Origin: Psilocybe cubensis
Lineage: Eukaryota
Assembly (NCBI GenBank): GCA_017499595.2
Contig: CM039005.1
Span: forward strand, 2,294,001 to 2,358,000
Length of the DNA: 64,000 nt
Reading direction: 5' to 3'
Shown: positions 1-13,295 of the stretch, piece after piece
Position numbering within the stretch: position 1 is the first letter of the stretch
How the letters are laid out: the number at the start of each line of letters is the position of its first letter
Notes under the pieces: model-generated
The model's input: the letters and a program-made list of their open reading frames with translations, nothing else
Told to the model about the DNA's origin: nothing
The model's database searches: none
Made by a program: the position numbers and the translations under genes

Positions 1-699
1 TACCTGGTCGGCAAGTTTTTGATCGGCGAGCGGGATTGTTAGTCGTGGGTGGGGGTGAGTGTGTCTGAGGAGCATTAGGCGCGTCCGAGCATCTATTATT
101 TTCTGAGAAAGTAGCGCTGCTCTGTCTGTTGCCTGTTTAACCTGATGATAATCTGTCCAAATTTGTCTTGAATCGGAATCAAGGTCTAGCCACACAATAC
201 GCACCTTGTTCGACAAGTGGAGCCAACAGTCTGATATTTTTCTGTGTCTCTTCCAGCTTTTGTTTCGCGACTTTTAGCTTTGCCTTCTTTTCTTCGTTGA
301 TCGCTGAAAGCTCGTTGTTCTGTTCTACTGTAATAATCGGTGCATCGTCGATATCACTAACAATGGATTTGACATATTTGTCCTTCGCGTTTTGTTCCAG
401 ATATTGAAATTTCAGTTTTCGTAGATAGGCCTGCGAGGAATATCAAGGGAAGACGCGTCTTGAGGAATACTGTCACATACTATTTGAGCGGCAACATCCA
501 TTGCAACGATAGCTGGATCCTTGATCATCGCATCTTCTGGATCGAGATCTTCATCGTCCTCCGTTCTATGTTCACTTAGTTCTTGAGCTTTCTTCAACAA
601 CTGGATGTCTAGTGCGTTCAACTGCGTCTCCAGTTTCTTTGCAGCCTGAACATTCTGACTCGGCTCGATGGCTGGCAGTTCAAGTGATGGTCGTGACAT
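1..699 (-). CDS. Kinetochore coiled-coil protein, Sos7/Kre28-like (3' end runs off the window)
   Basis: ATG at 699 (MSRPSLELPAIEPSQ...). After an intron the frame reads ...RKLKFQYLEQNAKDKYVKSIVSDIDDAPIITVEQNNELSAINEEKKAKLKVAKQKLEETQKNIRLLAPLVEQ, which matches the LKFxYLEQxxKxK(F/Y) motif and coiled coil I recall for Sos7. Further GT-AG introns lie toward position 1. Confidence 0.65.
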
Positions 700-843
700 G
701 TTCCCTAACCAAATCTCCATTGATCATTTTCATGTGCCAAATACAGCCTTCAACTTACTTTAGAGCCTTCAGTACAACGACGGTTGAGATAAATGGTATG
801 CCAGTAGGTAGTCAAACCGTTCGTGACTTGCCTTCAACGATAG

Positions 844-898
844 ACGCGTTAATCACGTGAAACGTCACGCTTAATTTTGCCTCATGAATGTCACGCGA
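844..898. promoter_or_regulatory. Possible MCB-like cell-cycle boxes in the divergent Sos7/GH27 promoter
   Basis: ACGCGT at 844-849, plus nearby CACGTG and TCACGCG, about 150-200 bp upstream of a kinetochore gene. These short motifs can occur by chance. Confidence 0.25.
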
Positions 899-1332
899 TA
901 GTATTCCCACGCCTCCTGAAAGTACATCGGCCACCATTGTCCGAGGCAGTGCTCAAGGCTCTGGCAACGCGCATCACTGTGACGGGCGTTGTTGATTTAC
1001 TGGGACTCCTTTTCTTGTTGGTCAGGCTTAATAACTCTACTTTCTCAACGTAAACTCATTACATTTCTTCAACAATACAGCCCCCTGTGTTTGTGCAGTG
1101 TTGGTTAACCCCCACATTCAGTAAGTGACAGTCAAATACTCGTGAAATTTCCTTCTACGTTGCTGACGATGTTTTGCCGTCTTACGTGTTGTCTTTCTAT
1201 CACAATTCAGCATCGGTCCTAATACCTTTCACTTTTGAAGGCAACATTCTACGGATACCCTCCTATCAATTCAGTCGACATACCCTGTTCAATACGGCCA
1301 AGCTATAGTACTACGAAGGCGGGATACATAGG

Positions 1333-4300
1333 ATGCAAAACCCTAAAGGTATGTAGCGAATTATCATCTACATGTCTATATTATAGCTGACTTCCAAAGA
1401 CTCTGCGTTATACGCACCACTGGTGCAGCATGATGCCCAATCTTCCAGCGATGCCCTGGATGCAGATACAGGTATTTTCCTTTCTTGAAGAACAGTTAAC
1501 ACTGAGCGCACTCATCATATGGGACGTGTTACGAGCAGAAATGAACGAATATATGCATAGCAATAGAGCAAATGGATGTACGGTGTTGTAGTCTGTCTAT
1601 TGTTCGTGCCTTCTAATTGCGTTGTAGATCGCGACGACGACTCTCGCAACGGCCGACCTGGTGTGTTCCACTACAACCTGTATCTCAGTTGGGGCACTAG
1701 CTTACACTTTATTACCAAGTACTTGCTACCGGTTTCCAGCACTCTGTTGGCAAGTCTTCTCTGAAGATCTTTCTACGTACCAGAACGCTCACCTTATACG
1801 TAATTAGATGCCAGTTCAGCGAAGAAGTTTTCTCAAAGGCGCCTTATCATTAGCCTTGCTCCATTTACCGTAATTATGGCCCTTGGCTTCATTATCTTGG
1901 CCGGATTGCTCGGAGTATGGGTGACTCGCACAAAACCAAACGAAAATGTTGTTCCGCACACGCCGCTTGAGCAAATCGCTCTACGCAACAATTCGGTTGG
2001 CCGACTTCCTTGTAAGTATTCTAGAACCTTGGATTCTCATTCAAAGACTAACCTTTACATGCAGTCATGGGTTATAATAGTATGTGCTTAAGCCTTTCCC
2101 GATAAAGCATGATGATGACCATTCATTACACTCAAAGCGTGGAATTCCTACGCCGTACGATCCAATTTTTCCGCGTGAATCTCATGGCACTGACTTTCAT
2201 TTCAGTGTGATATCGATGAAACTAAAATCTTGCGAACCGCTCGCCTTATGAAATCCCTTGGACTTTTGGTAGAATTCTTTCTAGAACGCCGCTACTCTCA
2301 AAGACTCACATATTGATTTTAGGATCTAGGATATGATCATATGAATATCGATGACTGTTATTCTGAGAAAAAGCGAAGCCCAGAGGGTGATATTGTCGCA
2401 AGTCAGGAGTATAGCTCCACTCGTGGTGCAAGCACTCTTTATTGACAAATTGAGTCTAGACAAGGAACGGTTCCCTTCCGGGATGAATGCGCTGACGGAT
2501 CAAATACACTCCCTCGGACTGTACGTCTATCATCAGCTTCTTGGTTGGTCGACAAACTTTACTGACTATCGGAAACTTACAGTAAAGCGGGCATTGTGAG
2601 CGCAATTTTTGTAGGTTCTGCTTATCAAAATTAAAATTTTGATATAGTACAGCGACTCCGGATGGTTTACCTGCCAAAAATACCCAGGATCATATATGAA
2701 TGAAGACAGGTTCATTTTTTACATTAAGATTTCTCACCAAATGCTAAACCATTTTATCCTCCTTTCAGGGATATCAAGCTCTTCCAAGATTGGGGATTCG
2801 ATTTATTAAAGTATGTAGATAAGAAACTGCAGCTGCCACAAGCATTAACCCACTAAATATATTGCAACAGATACGACAACTGCGCTGGCAAGTATTGGCG
2901 TATTCGGGAGACTGATAGTTGCTAACTCCTCATGCAGTGCCCTTTGATGAAATTATCAAGGAGGGTATGGTCGGTAGTAAGTTTTCTCACAAGCCTATTT
3001 ATACCACTTTATTCTTGAGAATTGCCGCTGATTACATGATATTATTCTTTCAGAATTCACGCGCATGTCAGAAGCAATTATCAGGCTAAGCAAGAGCTCT
3101 GGGAAACCACCCTTCTTATTTTCGCTGTGCCAATGGGGTCGCGTAAGAGCCTTTCGAGTTTATTTTTAGATACTGCGAATTAACCTTGGGATATCCACGC
3201 CAGAATCAACCATGGATCTGGGCCCGTAAACTGGGTCAGAGCTGGAGAGTGAGTAAAATTAATATATCTCCCTTACGCCAGTGTTTAATCCATTCGTTGT
3301 TCAGACAACCATGGATATTTGTACGTTCATCCATCAGGTTCTTGTTGAATTTATATGGATGATGATCCTATAGACCCGGAGTGGAAGTCTTTGGCTAGCA
3401 TCTTGAACGAGTAAGAAACAAATATATGTTTGACGTTTTTCCGGTAGAACTTACCTCCTTTGATAGGAATTCTTTCATAGCTACTGCGACGGATTTCTAT
3501 GGACGCAATGACATGGATATTGTAAGAACCGGAACTTGCACTCATAAATTTAATGTTGCCTTGCTGATTCGATCGCGTTCTTATTCCAGCTTGAAGTGTG
3601 AGCAGAGTAGTTCTAACTCCACTGCCTTTCTGTTACTGAGTTGTTTTTCTTTGTACCTCGCAGAGGAAACGGCGATCTCACATATGAAGAACAAAAATCG
3701 CACTTCACGGCGTGGGCTCTCATGAAGTCCCCCTTATTAATTGTGAGTTATATTTGCTTGATACTAGCCGCTCTATCGATTGACCTCTAACGTCTCGATC
3801 CATCAGAGCACAGAAGTATGTTGTCCCGTCAGCGCTCAAGTCTTTATCTTTTCCTAACCTGGAGGACAGCTTGCCACCGTCACAGAACAGACTCTGAGCA
3901 TTTTGAAGAACACCGAAATTATTGCGATTAATCAGGATCCCGTCGTCGGCACATCGATCACTCCTTTCCGATGGGGAATTAACGTGAGTCGAGGACAATG
4001 GCTTACCAGCAGATTGGCCTTGTCTAACCTTTTCTATCCATAGCCTGATTGGACCTTTAACGCCACCCATCCTGCTCAATACTGGAGCGGGGACAGTCAG
4101 AATGGCACCGTCTTCATGCTGGTAACTTTGTCTTGTATTCGTTGTTGTTGTTGTTGGTAGCTTACACAATGTTCCTTAGCTGAACACTCTGGATCATCCT
4201 GCCGACATGACTTTCCGTTTGACGGAGTCGCCTTGGATTCGTGCAGGCCGGCAATATTCAGTCAGGGTAGGTCGAGTCGCTTACATTCACGGTCATTTCC

Positions 4301-4534
4301 TTTTTTCCTTTTTTCTTTCAGCTGACCACGTTCTCGGTCAATTAGGATCTCTGGACCCATACGCAAAATGGTACGGCAGTTCGGAACTTCACGGCGCACA
4401 ACGTGCCACCACATGGAGTTGTGGCTCTGCTTCTGAAAGATGATGGCGATGAGCCTGCAGGAACTCTTCCTGAGTGCGCGATGTTGGACTGGTGCACTGA
4501 TCAGAATGGGACTCGTGTTGATGGCAGAGATTGA
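1333..4534 (+). CDS. GH27 alpha-galactosidase, type II membrane-anchored, many short exons
   Basis: Spliced motifs: VGRLP-MGYN-WNSYA-CDIDETKILRTARLMKSLGLL-DLGYDHMNIDDCY, DKERFPSGMNALTDQIHSLGL, YSDSGWFTCQKYPGS, DWGFDLLKYDNC, FSLCQWG, HFTAWALMKSPLLI, AINQDP. C-terminus ...VPPHGVVALLLKDDGDEPAGTLPECAMLDWCTDQNGTRVDGRD* (TGA 4532-4534). Hydrophobic helix at ~1845-1925. The start at 1333 is inferred from upstream short exons. Confidence 0.88.
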
Positions 4535-4872
4535 GAAATATTATGATATATACACTTTTTTCTCGATTCTACTAATGAGATTTGGTATAATAATTGGAGG
4601 AGAATGTGTAGTATTTTACAAGAGTTGGATGAGACTTTATATATGTGAAAGCAAGGCGGATAACTAGATAAAAACGAGACAAGACGAAACGAAGAGCAAG
4701 ATGCAAACTGTAGGTGATGATTAGGAGCCCTGTCATGTAGAATTCGGACCCCGCAGAGCAAGGAGCAAGCAGTTAGTAAGAGGTGGTAGGGGTATAATGT
4801 GTAGAGTATAATAAATCGTGAGTAATGCGTGAATTAGGAATTTAAAACAAATGGAACGAAAGCGCCCGGCCG

Positions 4873-7632
4873 TCATGATGGAGTAGTGGAATACGTCCCT
4901 ACAAAAAAGGGTAAGATTAAGTCAGAAAGGGAACTTTTTTTTTTAGAAAAAAAATGGATTTTGCTTAAAAAACTTACAAATTCTCGCTGTGTTGTCACCA
5001 CTGCCAGTAGCGAACATACCTCCAAGGGGATTCATGTTTAACGATATGACTGGATAAATTACGTTTTTAGTGTTGTTAGCATTAGTGTGAGTGGATAGTG
5101 GATAGTGGATATTATTTTAGGCGGAGCTGTCGCGTAGATACTACGCGCGTGCGTGCGTGCGTGCGAGAGTGGTAGTGAGAGAGAGGAGGGAGGGAGAGAG
5201 ACGTACCAGAGTTTTTGTGGCCCTGCAAGGTTAGTTGCAAGGTGGCGGATTTGAGGTCCCAAAAGTGGACGGTGCGATCTTTGGACCCTGAGACGACCCA
5301 TCGGTTGTCGCTTGACACGCATACCGCAAGCACGTAGTCCTGGAATCGGGGAGAGGGCGGTGAGACAATCATTCAATACATTCAAGTACTTAAAATGCAA
5401 TACAAAAAATTGACACAGACCTTGTGGCCGACGTAGTTGATGGTGCAGGCTGAGGGCGGGTGAGCGGGTATGCTGATGCCCGACTGCGGATCTGGCTTCA
5501 CGCGGTTGGCAAAGGCGGCGACGAGGTGGCTGATGTCCCAGTACTTGAGCGTCTTGTCGAGGCTGGCGCTGAGAATGCCCTTGCCGTCCGCGGAGAACGC
5601 GACGCTGTAGACGCTGTTGCCGTGGCCGCGCAGACGCTCGAGCAGTGTGCCCGTGGCGACGTCCCAGACGCGCACGGGGCTGTCGAGCGTGCCGGTTGCA
5701 ACGAGCGAGCCGTCCGGCGAGATGGCGACGGAGGTCACGCCCGCGTCGTTACTCAGAGTGTCGGTATCGGAGATTGTGATGGTCTGTGAGGTGTTGTTGG
5801 TGATATTCCAGATCCGCATTGTGCGGTCGCCTGAGCCGGAGACGATGTATCGCCCGTCGGGCGAGAAGTCGAGCGAGTAGATTTCCTGCGTGTGCCCCTC
5901 GAGGCGGTGGAGGACGAGCCTCTTTGCGATGTCCCAGACCTAGATAGATCACAGAGGGGGGGTGTGGTGTGAAAGTATAACGTCAATGAGCTTGTGTTGT
6001 GCTGGGTGAAGTGTAATGGGAATTGGCTAACTCTAACAATACAATCTTCTGCACCTGTCGCGAGGTACTTGCCGTCGGGGCTAAAACGCACGCTCCGAAT
6101 GTACAAGTCTTTCTCGGGGCGAGCCGTCTCGTCTGCAAGAACGCTGCGGTTGGATTAAAGATATGTGAGGGACCCTGGATTGGAAAGGATAAAAGTAGAC
6201 TTTGACTGAGCCACTTACCAAACTTTTATGCCGGATTGGACGTCATAAATCTGCGCAGTCCTGTTACAGCCCGTGGCCAAGTACTTGCCATCAAACGAAA
6301 ACTGGACACAACAGACCACGCTACTTTTCGGTAAGTTTCGCGTTTCAAACGGCCCAAACGGACAAAAAAGAAGAAAGAAAAAAAGGGAAGGAAGGAAGGA
6401 AGGAGTGTAAGGTGAAAAAAGGCATTAAACTCACGTGTCGTGCGAAAAGGTGTGTACCAGATTGACGTCGAGCGTCTTTCTTACTTTCGGATTGTAGAGT
6501 GCAAACCAATCTGAACCAAACCTCTTGAACTCGGGGGGTAGGGTGTCCGGATTGAGGCTATTGAAGACAGGATTAGGGGGATTGGGGTTTATGGGTGGGA
6601 GCGCCGAGGTACTGGGACCAGGCTGTCCCTCCTGTCCCGGGAAGCGATAATACCCTATAGAATCGTTATATGATGACGACTGAGGCTTGACGCCAGATGG
6701 CGCAGATGACGATGAATGATAAGACTGCGGGCCCATCGGCGGTGGATACATATCTGCAAGAGAGAGAGAGAGGAAAAAATAGTGCCATCAGACAGACGTT
6801 TTAGCGCTTCAAGAAATGATGGACAAGGTCAACAAAGGAAGAAAGGAAGAAAATGATATACCCAGTTGGTTCTCCCTCCGTGCCTTGCGTCTTTTAGACT
6901 CGCGCTGATCAGAGTCGGGTTGGTCCCTTTCAGAGGACCTGGCTCTGCTAAGCTTTGTATGCTGCTCCATCGGCGTGCGCTCGCCTGGTGGGGGGAGCCC
7001 TCGACTCATGGGCCGTTTGTCTAGTTGATAGTAGGTTTCATGTTGGCTCGTACTCGTGAGCCTGGGTGATGCCTCCGAAACGCCGGGGCCGCGGGGACGA
7101 CCCGAAAATCCGGGTGCTGGTGTGGATTGGTGCGGCGGAGGAGCAGCAGCAGCAGATTGTATCGCCACGGTCTCTGACCGCAGACGGTGTAATTCCTCCT
7201 CGTACTGCTGACGGATCCTCGTGTGCTCTTCTTCCAAGTCAAACAAGGACTTTCGGATCGTGTTGAGCTCAGCAATTTGGGCGTTTACTAGTAGCATGGG
7301 TGGCGCATTGTAGAATCACGTTATGCATTTAATTTTTGTTGGGTTTTGGACAGGTGAAAGACGACAACTCACGCTTTGCCTCCATTTCCTCCTTTTCTCT
7401 GCGTACCCGCGCAAGGTCTGTCTGTAGTGAATCAAATTGACGCCTGATTGCGTCGAGCGGATCGGCGATGGAAAAGGTGGGATGGACTGGGGGTGGGGGA
7501 TCCTGGGCGGTGGATGTGCGTACACCAGTAGGCTGCATAGGACGATGCTAGGAGAGAACAGCGGGGTGAGGGGTTGGATGGAAAAAATATTGGACGACAA
7601 CATACGTTGTAGACTGAGCTGGAGGAGGACAT
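4873..7632 (-). CDS. tup1: Tup1-like WD40 transcriptional corepressor, copy A (compact, intact)
   Basis: Exon 1 MSSSSSVYN (ATG 7632). Tup_N coiled coil (PLDAIRRQF...[19 protein letters not shown]), [82 protein letters not shown]. Last exon W-TYSTTPS* (stop 4873-4875). Confidence 0.9.
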
Positions 7633-10600
7633 GGTCGGTGTGGGGGAGGGGCTACTGGGGATTGGCAGCTGGATACGGGGTGAGTATGGAAGCAAAAGCG
7701 CGTGCTGAAGAAGAGGTAGAGGAGAATCGGTTCTTAGATTTCATTCGGTAGTAAATATATAGGGACGAATGAAATTGCCGGAGATGTAACAGATGAGATC
7801 TATCTGGAAGATGCCATCCAGGTTTGTTGCGTGGCTTTGTCCCCTTTGTCCAGCCGCCGGATATAAATTGGAGACAAACATGGCCAGGTACAGCCTTTCT
7901 TTCTTTTCATAGCATCCATGTCATTCTCTCTCCAGATTCTAGGAGAATATACGACTCACTGCACGGCGGTTCTAATTAGGTTGCCGGCAACTGAAATCCG
8001 TCGTATTCGGCAAAATGGAAAGATGCCAGGACTTACAAAAGGAAGCTTTTCTTAAAATCCTTGGGTCTTCGGGGGACTCCGTCTTATTCCTGATGATCTG
8101 ATCCACCTTCAATCTCATCTCCGCCACTCTCAATGCACTTTCACCCCCAACTCATCCTTGCTTTATGCTCCTAGTCTAGCCAGCGCTGCATCCACCACCC
8201 ACTTGAACCCAGACAATCATCGCCTTCCATCTTCACCAACACCCCTATTTGGCAACACATCTTGCGCCGAATTGCCTGACGTACTATTACAAATGGTGCC
8301 TTATATCTGCATCGGCTAATGTGCGATCTGGTGTGGGATCATTTCCAGATCTCCGAGCACTGCAAGTCCCGGAGGTCGAACTGAGGTATATAGCCAGTGG
8401 TATTGCGATCGCGTATAATAAATATAGCAGTGTCAGAGTCGATCTTCTCCATTGCAGGCGTAGTAGTATGCTAGTACTCCATCATGCAAGTTTCGGAAAA
8501 GGCACCAGACAAGACGGACCGCAACGGGCTCGGCCATTGAAAGGCATTTCCCATTCATATCATTACCGTAATAACAAGACCGTCTGAAGCTAACCGCAAA
8601 ATAAAGGGTTAAACGAGACCAAGAAAGCCTGTCATGGCCTCCTTTTCGATTCTGTCAAAGTCAAAGAGATATTACTGCTGCATAAGCATAAGAATATGTA
8701 TGTAACGTATATTTCAGCCTCCGAACGTTCTCAGAAACGTATGGAGCACCTATCATGCAAACTTATGGATGGGCATATCATGTAAGTATTTTGCTGATCA
8801 TGACAAGTGAACGCACCCCTGCACTCAAGTCAAGTTTACTTTTGGAATGCCGGGAATTACCATGTCTAGTCTTTTCATGTATTTGCGGCCGAGGCGATTG
8901 CCTGCAGACCCCATCAGCATTGATATTTCCGTGTTTTTCCACACACACACACATGTCCACTGGCTCTGGGTTGTTCCTAATTCCACCGTCGACGTCGCTA
9001 TTAACAAGTCTTCCTTTGCTCATGAAAAAAAGAATTAATCCTGTCCGAGTTCTAAATGTCCCCCTTTTGACATATGCAAGACAGTTGTAGCTCGTGGAGC
9101 AGTCCGCTAGAATCATGTCAGGTCAGGTCGGAACAAAACCGTGAGGCAGATCCCATACATCGCCTGCGCGTGCCGAGCATGAAGGGTTTATTGGCCGTTG
9201 TACAATGTAAGTAATCATTATGTATGCCTTCAATTAGTTATTACTATTTAGCGACTGAAACCTCCCTCCGCGCGGGGTAAAAAAAGAGACAACAATTGTA
9301 CGGAATTCCCGAATCTCATGACCAATGTCCGTGAGAGAATCCTAACCAATCAAGGTTTTCACTGTTCTGAATGACCCAACCGATGGCTTCCCAAGCGTCA
9401 TGGAGCTATATTTACCGCAAGGACTCACGGATCGCTTTTTTTATTTGTTGTTTTTTTTTATAAAAAGAACTCTAGCAAATAAGGCATCCCATCGTGGTTT
9501 CCCAAATTGAGCCAAAAAGGATGTTGGGGTATGTAAGCGAAAAGGCGACTATCCCACTCTTCGGGGTTTTAGCATTTATGGGAGAGACTGGAGGAAGCAT
9601 CATCATCATGATCATTTGAATTGTAGCCGTCCATTTTTCTGTCAGGTTTGGGTTGGGTAAGGTGTCGACATTTGTATACGATTAATTAATATCACACCGC
9701 CCGACCATGATACGTATTGGAGAATTGAGATGCACCAGATGCGATCCCCCAGCGATGCATATGATGATGGGAGACCATGGCAGGACCTGGGTTAGGCAAG
9801 GGGATACCTCGAGGGAGGGGCAGAGGGAGAGAGAGAGAGAGATATCGCTAGTGCAGGTCTAGGCGCACCTTCTAAGAGGTTATCCCTCTTCTGTATTGAA
9901 CCCACGATGGGACTGGTACGACTATCCATGGCGCGATAAGTCGCTGATTTTCATAGGACGATAGGTTAGCACCGACTCGGATGGCAGGCAGGCAGGCAGG
10001 CAGGCGGCAAGGCTTCTTCCTTCTTTCCTTGTAAACTGGCACACGTTCCGTTTCGCCCCCACCTGGGTTGTGGCACCGATATTTAGGAAAAGGGCACGAG
10101 CACGAGCAACAAAAATCCAAAATCCAATCCGGAGATGGAGGATCTTTACTTAACTGGCCCACCTATAAATATCGACTTTGAGAGATTCCCCCAAGTCGAG
10201 CTCAAATCTGATTCGTGGTATTTATTATCTATCGGTATCGACGTGGTGGTTGGAAGAGTAATTAAAGCATAACCCACTGCACAGCTACGACTCCGTAGTC
10301 TCGGTTGACAGATAATTCTTAGGCCCAAGAGCGCGGATTTCTCCATCCACCCCCCACCCCTCTCCCATCCACTCCCTCCTTCCCCCTGGGTGACCATATG
10401 TGCTGTAATGATAAGAACTCAGATTGACATCTGCCCGCCTCCACCGCAGTGCGATTAATATAAGACACGACGTACCATGGACATTGGAGCCAAGTGCATG
10501 CATAGTCCTAATCGACAGCTACTACTATCAGTCATGACCTGCCTCAATAGGGGGAAGGAGCCAGCCAACTCTATACCTTCATTCCGGGTACTCGGGCGTC

Positions 10601-10997
10601 AAGGATTCTTAAAAAAAAACAGAAGAAACGGCGTTCCAAAGAGCCCCAAAAGCAGCCAAGGGAGAGGTTCTAGCAGGGACCCCGGGCCCGCTCACTTCAC
10701 AAGAATAAGCACAGACGCACTGTGTCCTGACCTTGACGGAAAAGCAAAAGAAAAAAAAGTAACATGAAAGAGAGTGGGTTCTGAACCCCCAGAACCACGT
10801 TGTGCCGTGCCTTCTTTGTTTTTTTTACGCAAAGTCGGTTTTTTCCTCCGAGGAGTACTTATATAAATGCTCGAAGTGGGACGAAAGCGCTTCGACCGGA
10901 TGTAGTTCTCTTGTTCTGCGGAATTGACCCCACGGTTCGACATCGAAAGGGAGCTTTTTATTTTTCTGTGAGGGGAGGGGGGGGTGAATTGATATGC

Positions 10998-11043
10998 AGA
11001 TAGATAGATAAATAGATAGATGGATAGATGGATGGATGGATAG
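10998..11043. repeat. (GATA)n/(GGAT)n microsatellite
   Basis: agatagatagataaatagatagatggatagatggatggatggatag. Confidence 0.8.
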
Positions 11044-11641
11044 CGAGATTCGAGATCCGACATATCGTTAGGGTGCTTCATTTGTTTTCTATCCTGACAG
11101 AAACGGGCTTGCTTAAATCACAAGACCGAGCTAAAATGAGTGTTTCTTATCAAAATGTGTCAGAAAAAAAAGCTTAGGCATGCTGTTTTGAACCTGATTC
11201 CTGGGCGGAAACAGGATGGCTTTAGCCTTTACGGCGTCAGTTTTCATTTCACGCCTGCATGACCAATGACCCATAGTGAATTTGTGAAAAAAGGGAAAAA
11301 AAAGAACGTCGAATTCGATTTTGGGTTAAAGCGGGCGAATCTAAAACATGTTGGAGGCCTGTTAGAGGGATTGGAACAGGGTGCCAAGATGAAGAGATAA
11401 AAAGATGAGCTGTGACTTGGACTAGCGACAGCTCGCCGACATATACACCGGGCCCATAGGACATCGCTTAGAAACGCCTGATAGGTGGAACTTGATGTAG
11501 ACTGTGGGGCCAGCAGGGACGGCAACAATATTTTTCGACCTAATAGTTTTCCTCGATTATCAATTACATAAGTAACCTTTTAACTTACAAATAGTACACA
11601 TGGGCAAGGGGGAAATGTTTCTCGACGACAACCGTGAAAAG

Positions 11642-13136
11642 TCACTGTTTCAGGGCAATCCATCCCACTAGGACACCGATGAGCGCAACGGAACCCCATG
11701 CCCGTGCGGTTTTCCAATCTCGGGCCGGAGTCAGGTTGAAGTTCTGCAATTGGGATTGCGGCCTGGGTGATGCTGATGCAGCTGGTTTGGGAGAATCCTG
11801 CACGGTGCCTTGGGTCTCATTCACCGAAATCAATGGAGCTACGTCATGAGGCGACATCACCTCGACCTGGGCCACGCCGCCAAAGAAGTCTGTGATTCGC
11901 GTGTGTTCCAAGGGTCGGTTGAAGAGATCGCTACGGACGCCTGGGTGAGAGTTGATCTTGGTCACGTCGAATGAATCAAACTATTTGCATTAGTACATAT
12001 TAAGCTTTTCAGCAAGGCCTGGCTGAATGGAGAAGTGAAAAAAACATACGAGCTCCTGCATGGACAGCTGGCTGGTTTTGTTGATCTTCTCCATAAATTC
12101 GAGGGTATAATGGGTGAACGCATCGATGACGGCCACACCAATGTCATTGTCGTTGGCATGCTGTTGGTAGTAGGTCAGGTTTGCGTTGGTCTCGGACGGA
12201 GGGTAAGAGACGTACGGAATATGAGTTTTCTCCGAGTTGAGAGGATCCTGCAGCCAGAATGTTGGGCGAGTACAGCTTTGAATACATTGTATTGGCTTGA
12301 CATGTATCAATCATAAAGAATATCTCATTATATCTGCGAGAACGCTATTAATGTGGAGCCCAGAGATCTTTGAGAACCACGGCACCTTTTCTTTTGATAC
12401 ATCTGTTCAAAAGCATCTGCGACGTCAAACGCACTGATCTCTTCGTTGTCCTGGAACTTCAAGAACTCGTTTCCTCCGTGCCCCGTCATGTACACGAAAA
12501 TGTTCGAACGTTCATCGCTCAGCAATCTTTTCGAACGCGGTACCGAGGCGTCCATGCGACCTAACCTGATATAAGACATGACGCACTCCGTTTCGAATAT
12601 GATGCATACCGGTTAGAACGCGGATAAAATTCTCCACGGTAACCTCGTAGCCATGATAATCAACCTCAATGTTATCTCCGTACAAGTCTAGCTGACGCCC
12701 GGGATTGGCGTAAACACTTCCTGGAAACTTGTTTCTGGAGTTGCATGACGCATCGTCGGCCAACATGAGAATGATATTGGAGTCTGGGATACCCAGTCGT
12801 TTGACAGTGCGATACCTGAATAACATTTGAGCATACAACACGTTAAAGACATGGAGCTTACTAACATCCCAAGGGCATTGGCCATATGCTGCAATGTGAC
12901 GTTTAGCTTCGTGAAGAAGGACAAAGGTTGCTCCAAACCCTGTAGTTAAACCAGTAGCGCGATGAGCATACTAGAACTGCCCAGTTATTCGTGTGTGTGG
13001 ATCCGCTTGGATTTGATGATGCCCCATTCTTGTCAAAGAAGTCTTTGACTAATCTTTCCTGAGTATCGCTAGAATATACACCCCAAGCCCAGCTTGAGAG
13101 GCATAGAAGGAACTGAAATAAAGATAAGAGAAGCAT
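11642..13136 (-). CDS. GPI8: GPI-anchor transamidase catalytic subunit (peptidase C13, Gpi8/PIG-K)
   Basis: Signal peptide, then [90 protein letters not shown], and a C-terminal TM helix. Confidence 0.96.
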
Positions 13137-13295
13137 GACTCTCCCTAGAGCTGGCTGTACTCTTGATAGTTGTGAACAGTGACAGTGGTTAGTGATGAAG
13201 AGTCTCGGGTATAGAGCCCCGCAGCCTGTCGGCGGAGTTCGAAGTCACGACTTGCTCACCAACTGCCACCACCTCAACCTTACACTTCTAAAAAA

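Noticed and set aside
5460..5880. Several overlapping + strand ORFs (109 aa, 87 aa)
   Set aside because: Antisense shadows of the GC-rich WD40 exon of Tup1 copy A.
7700..11600. ~4-kb gene-free stretch with many short ORFs
   Set aside because: No recognisable domains or consistent exon chain; best read as the long upstream region of tup1 copy A plus the GPI8 3' region.
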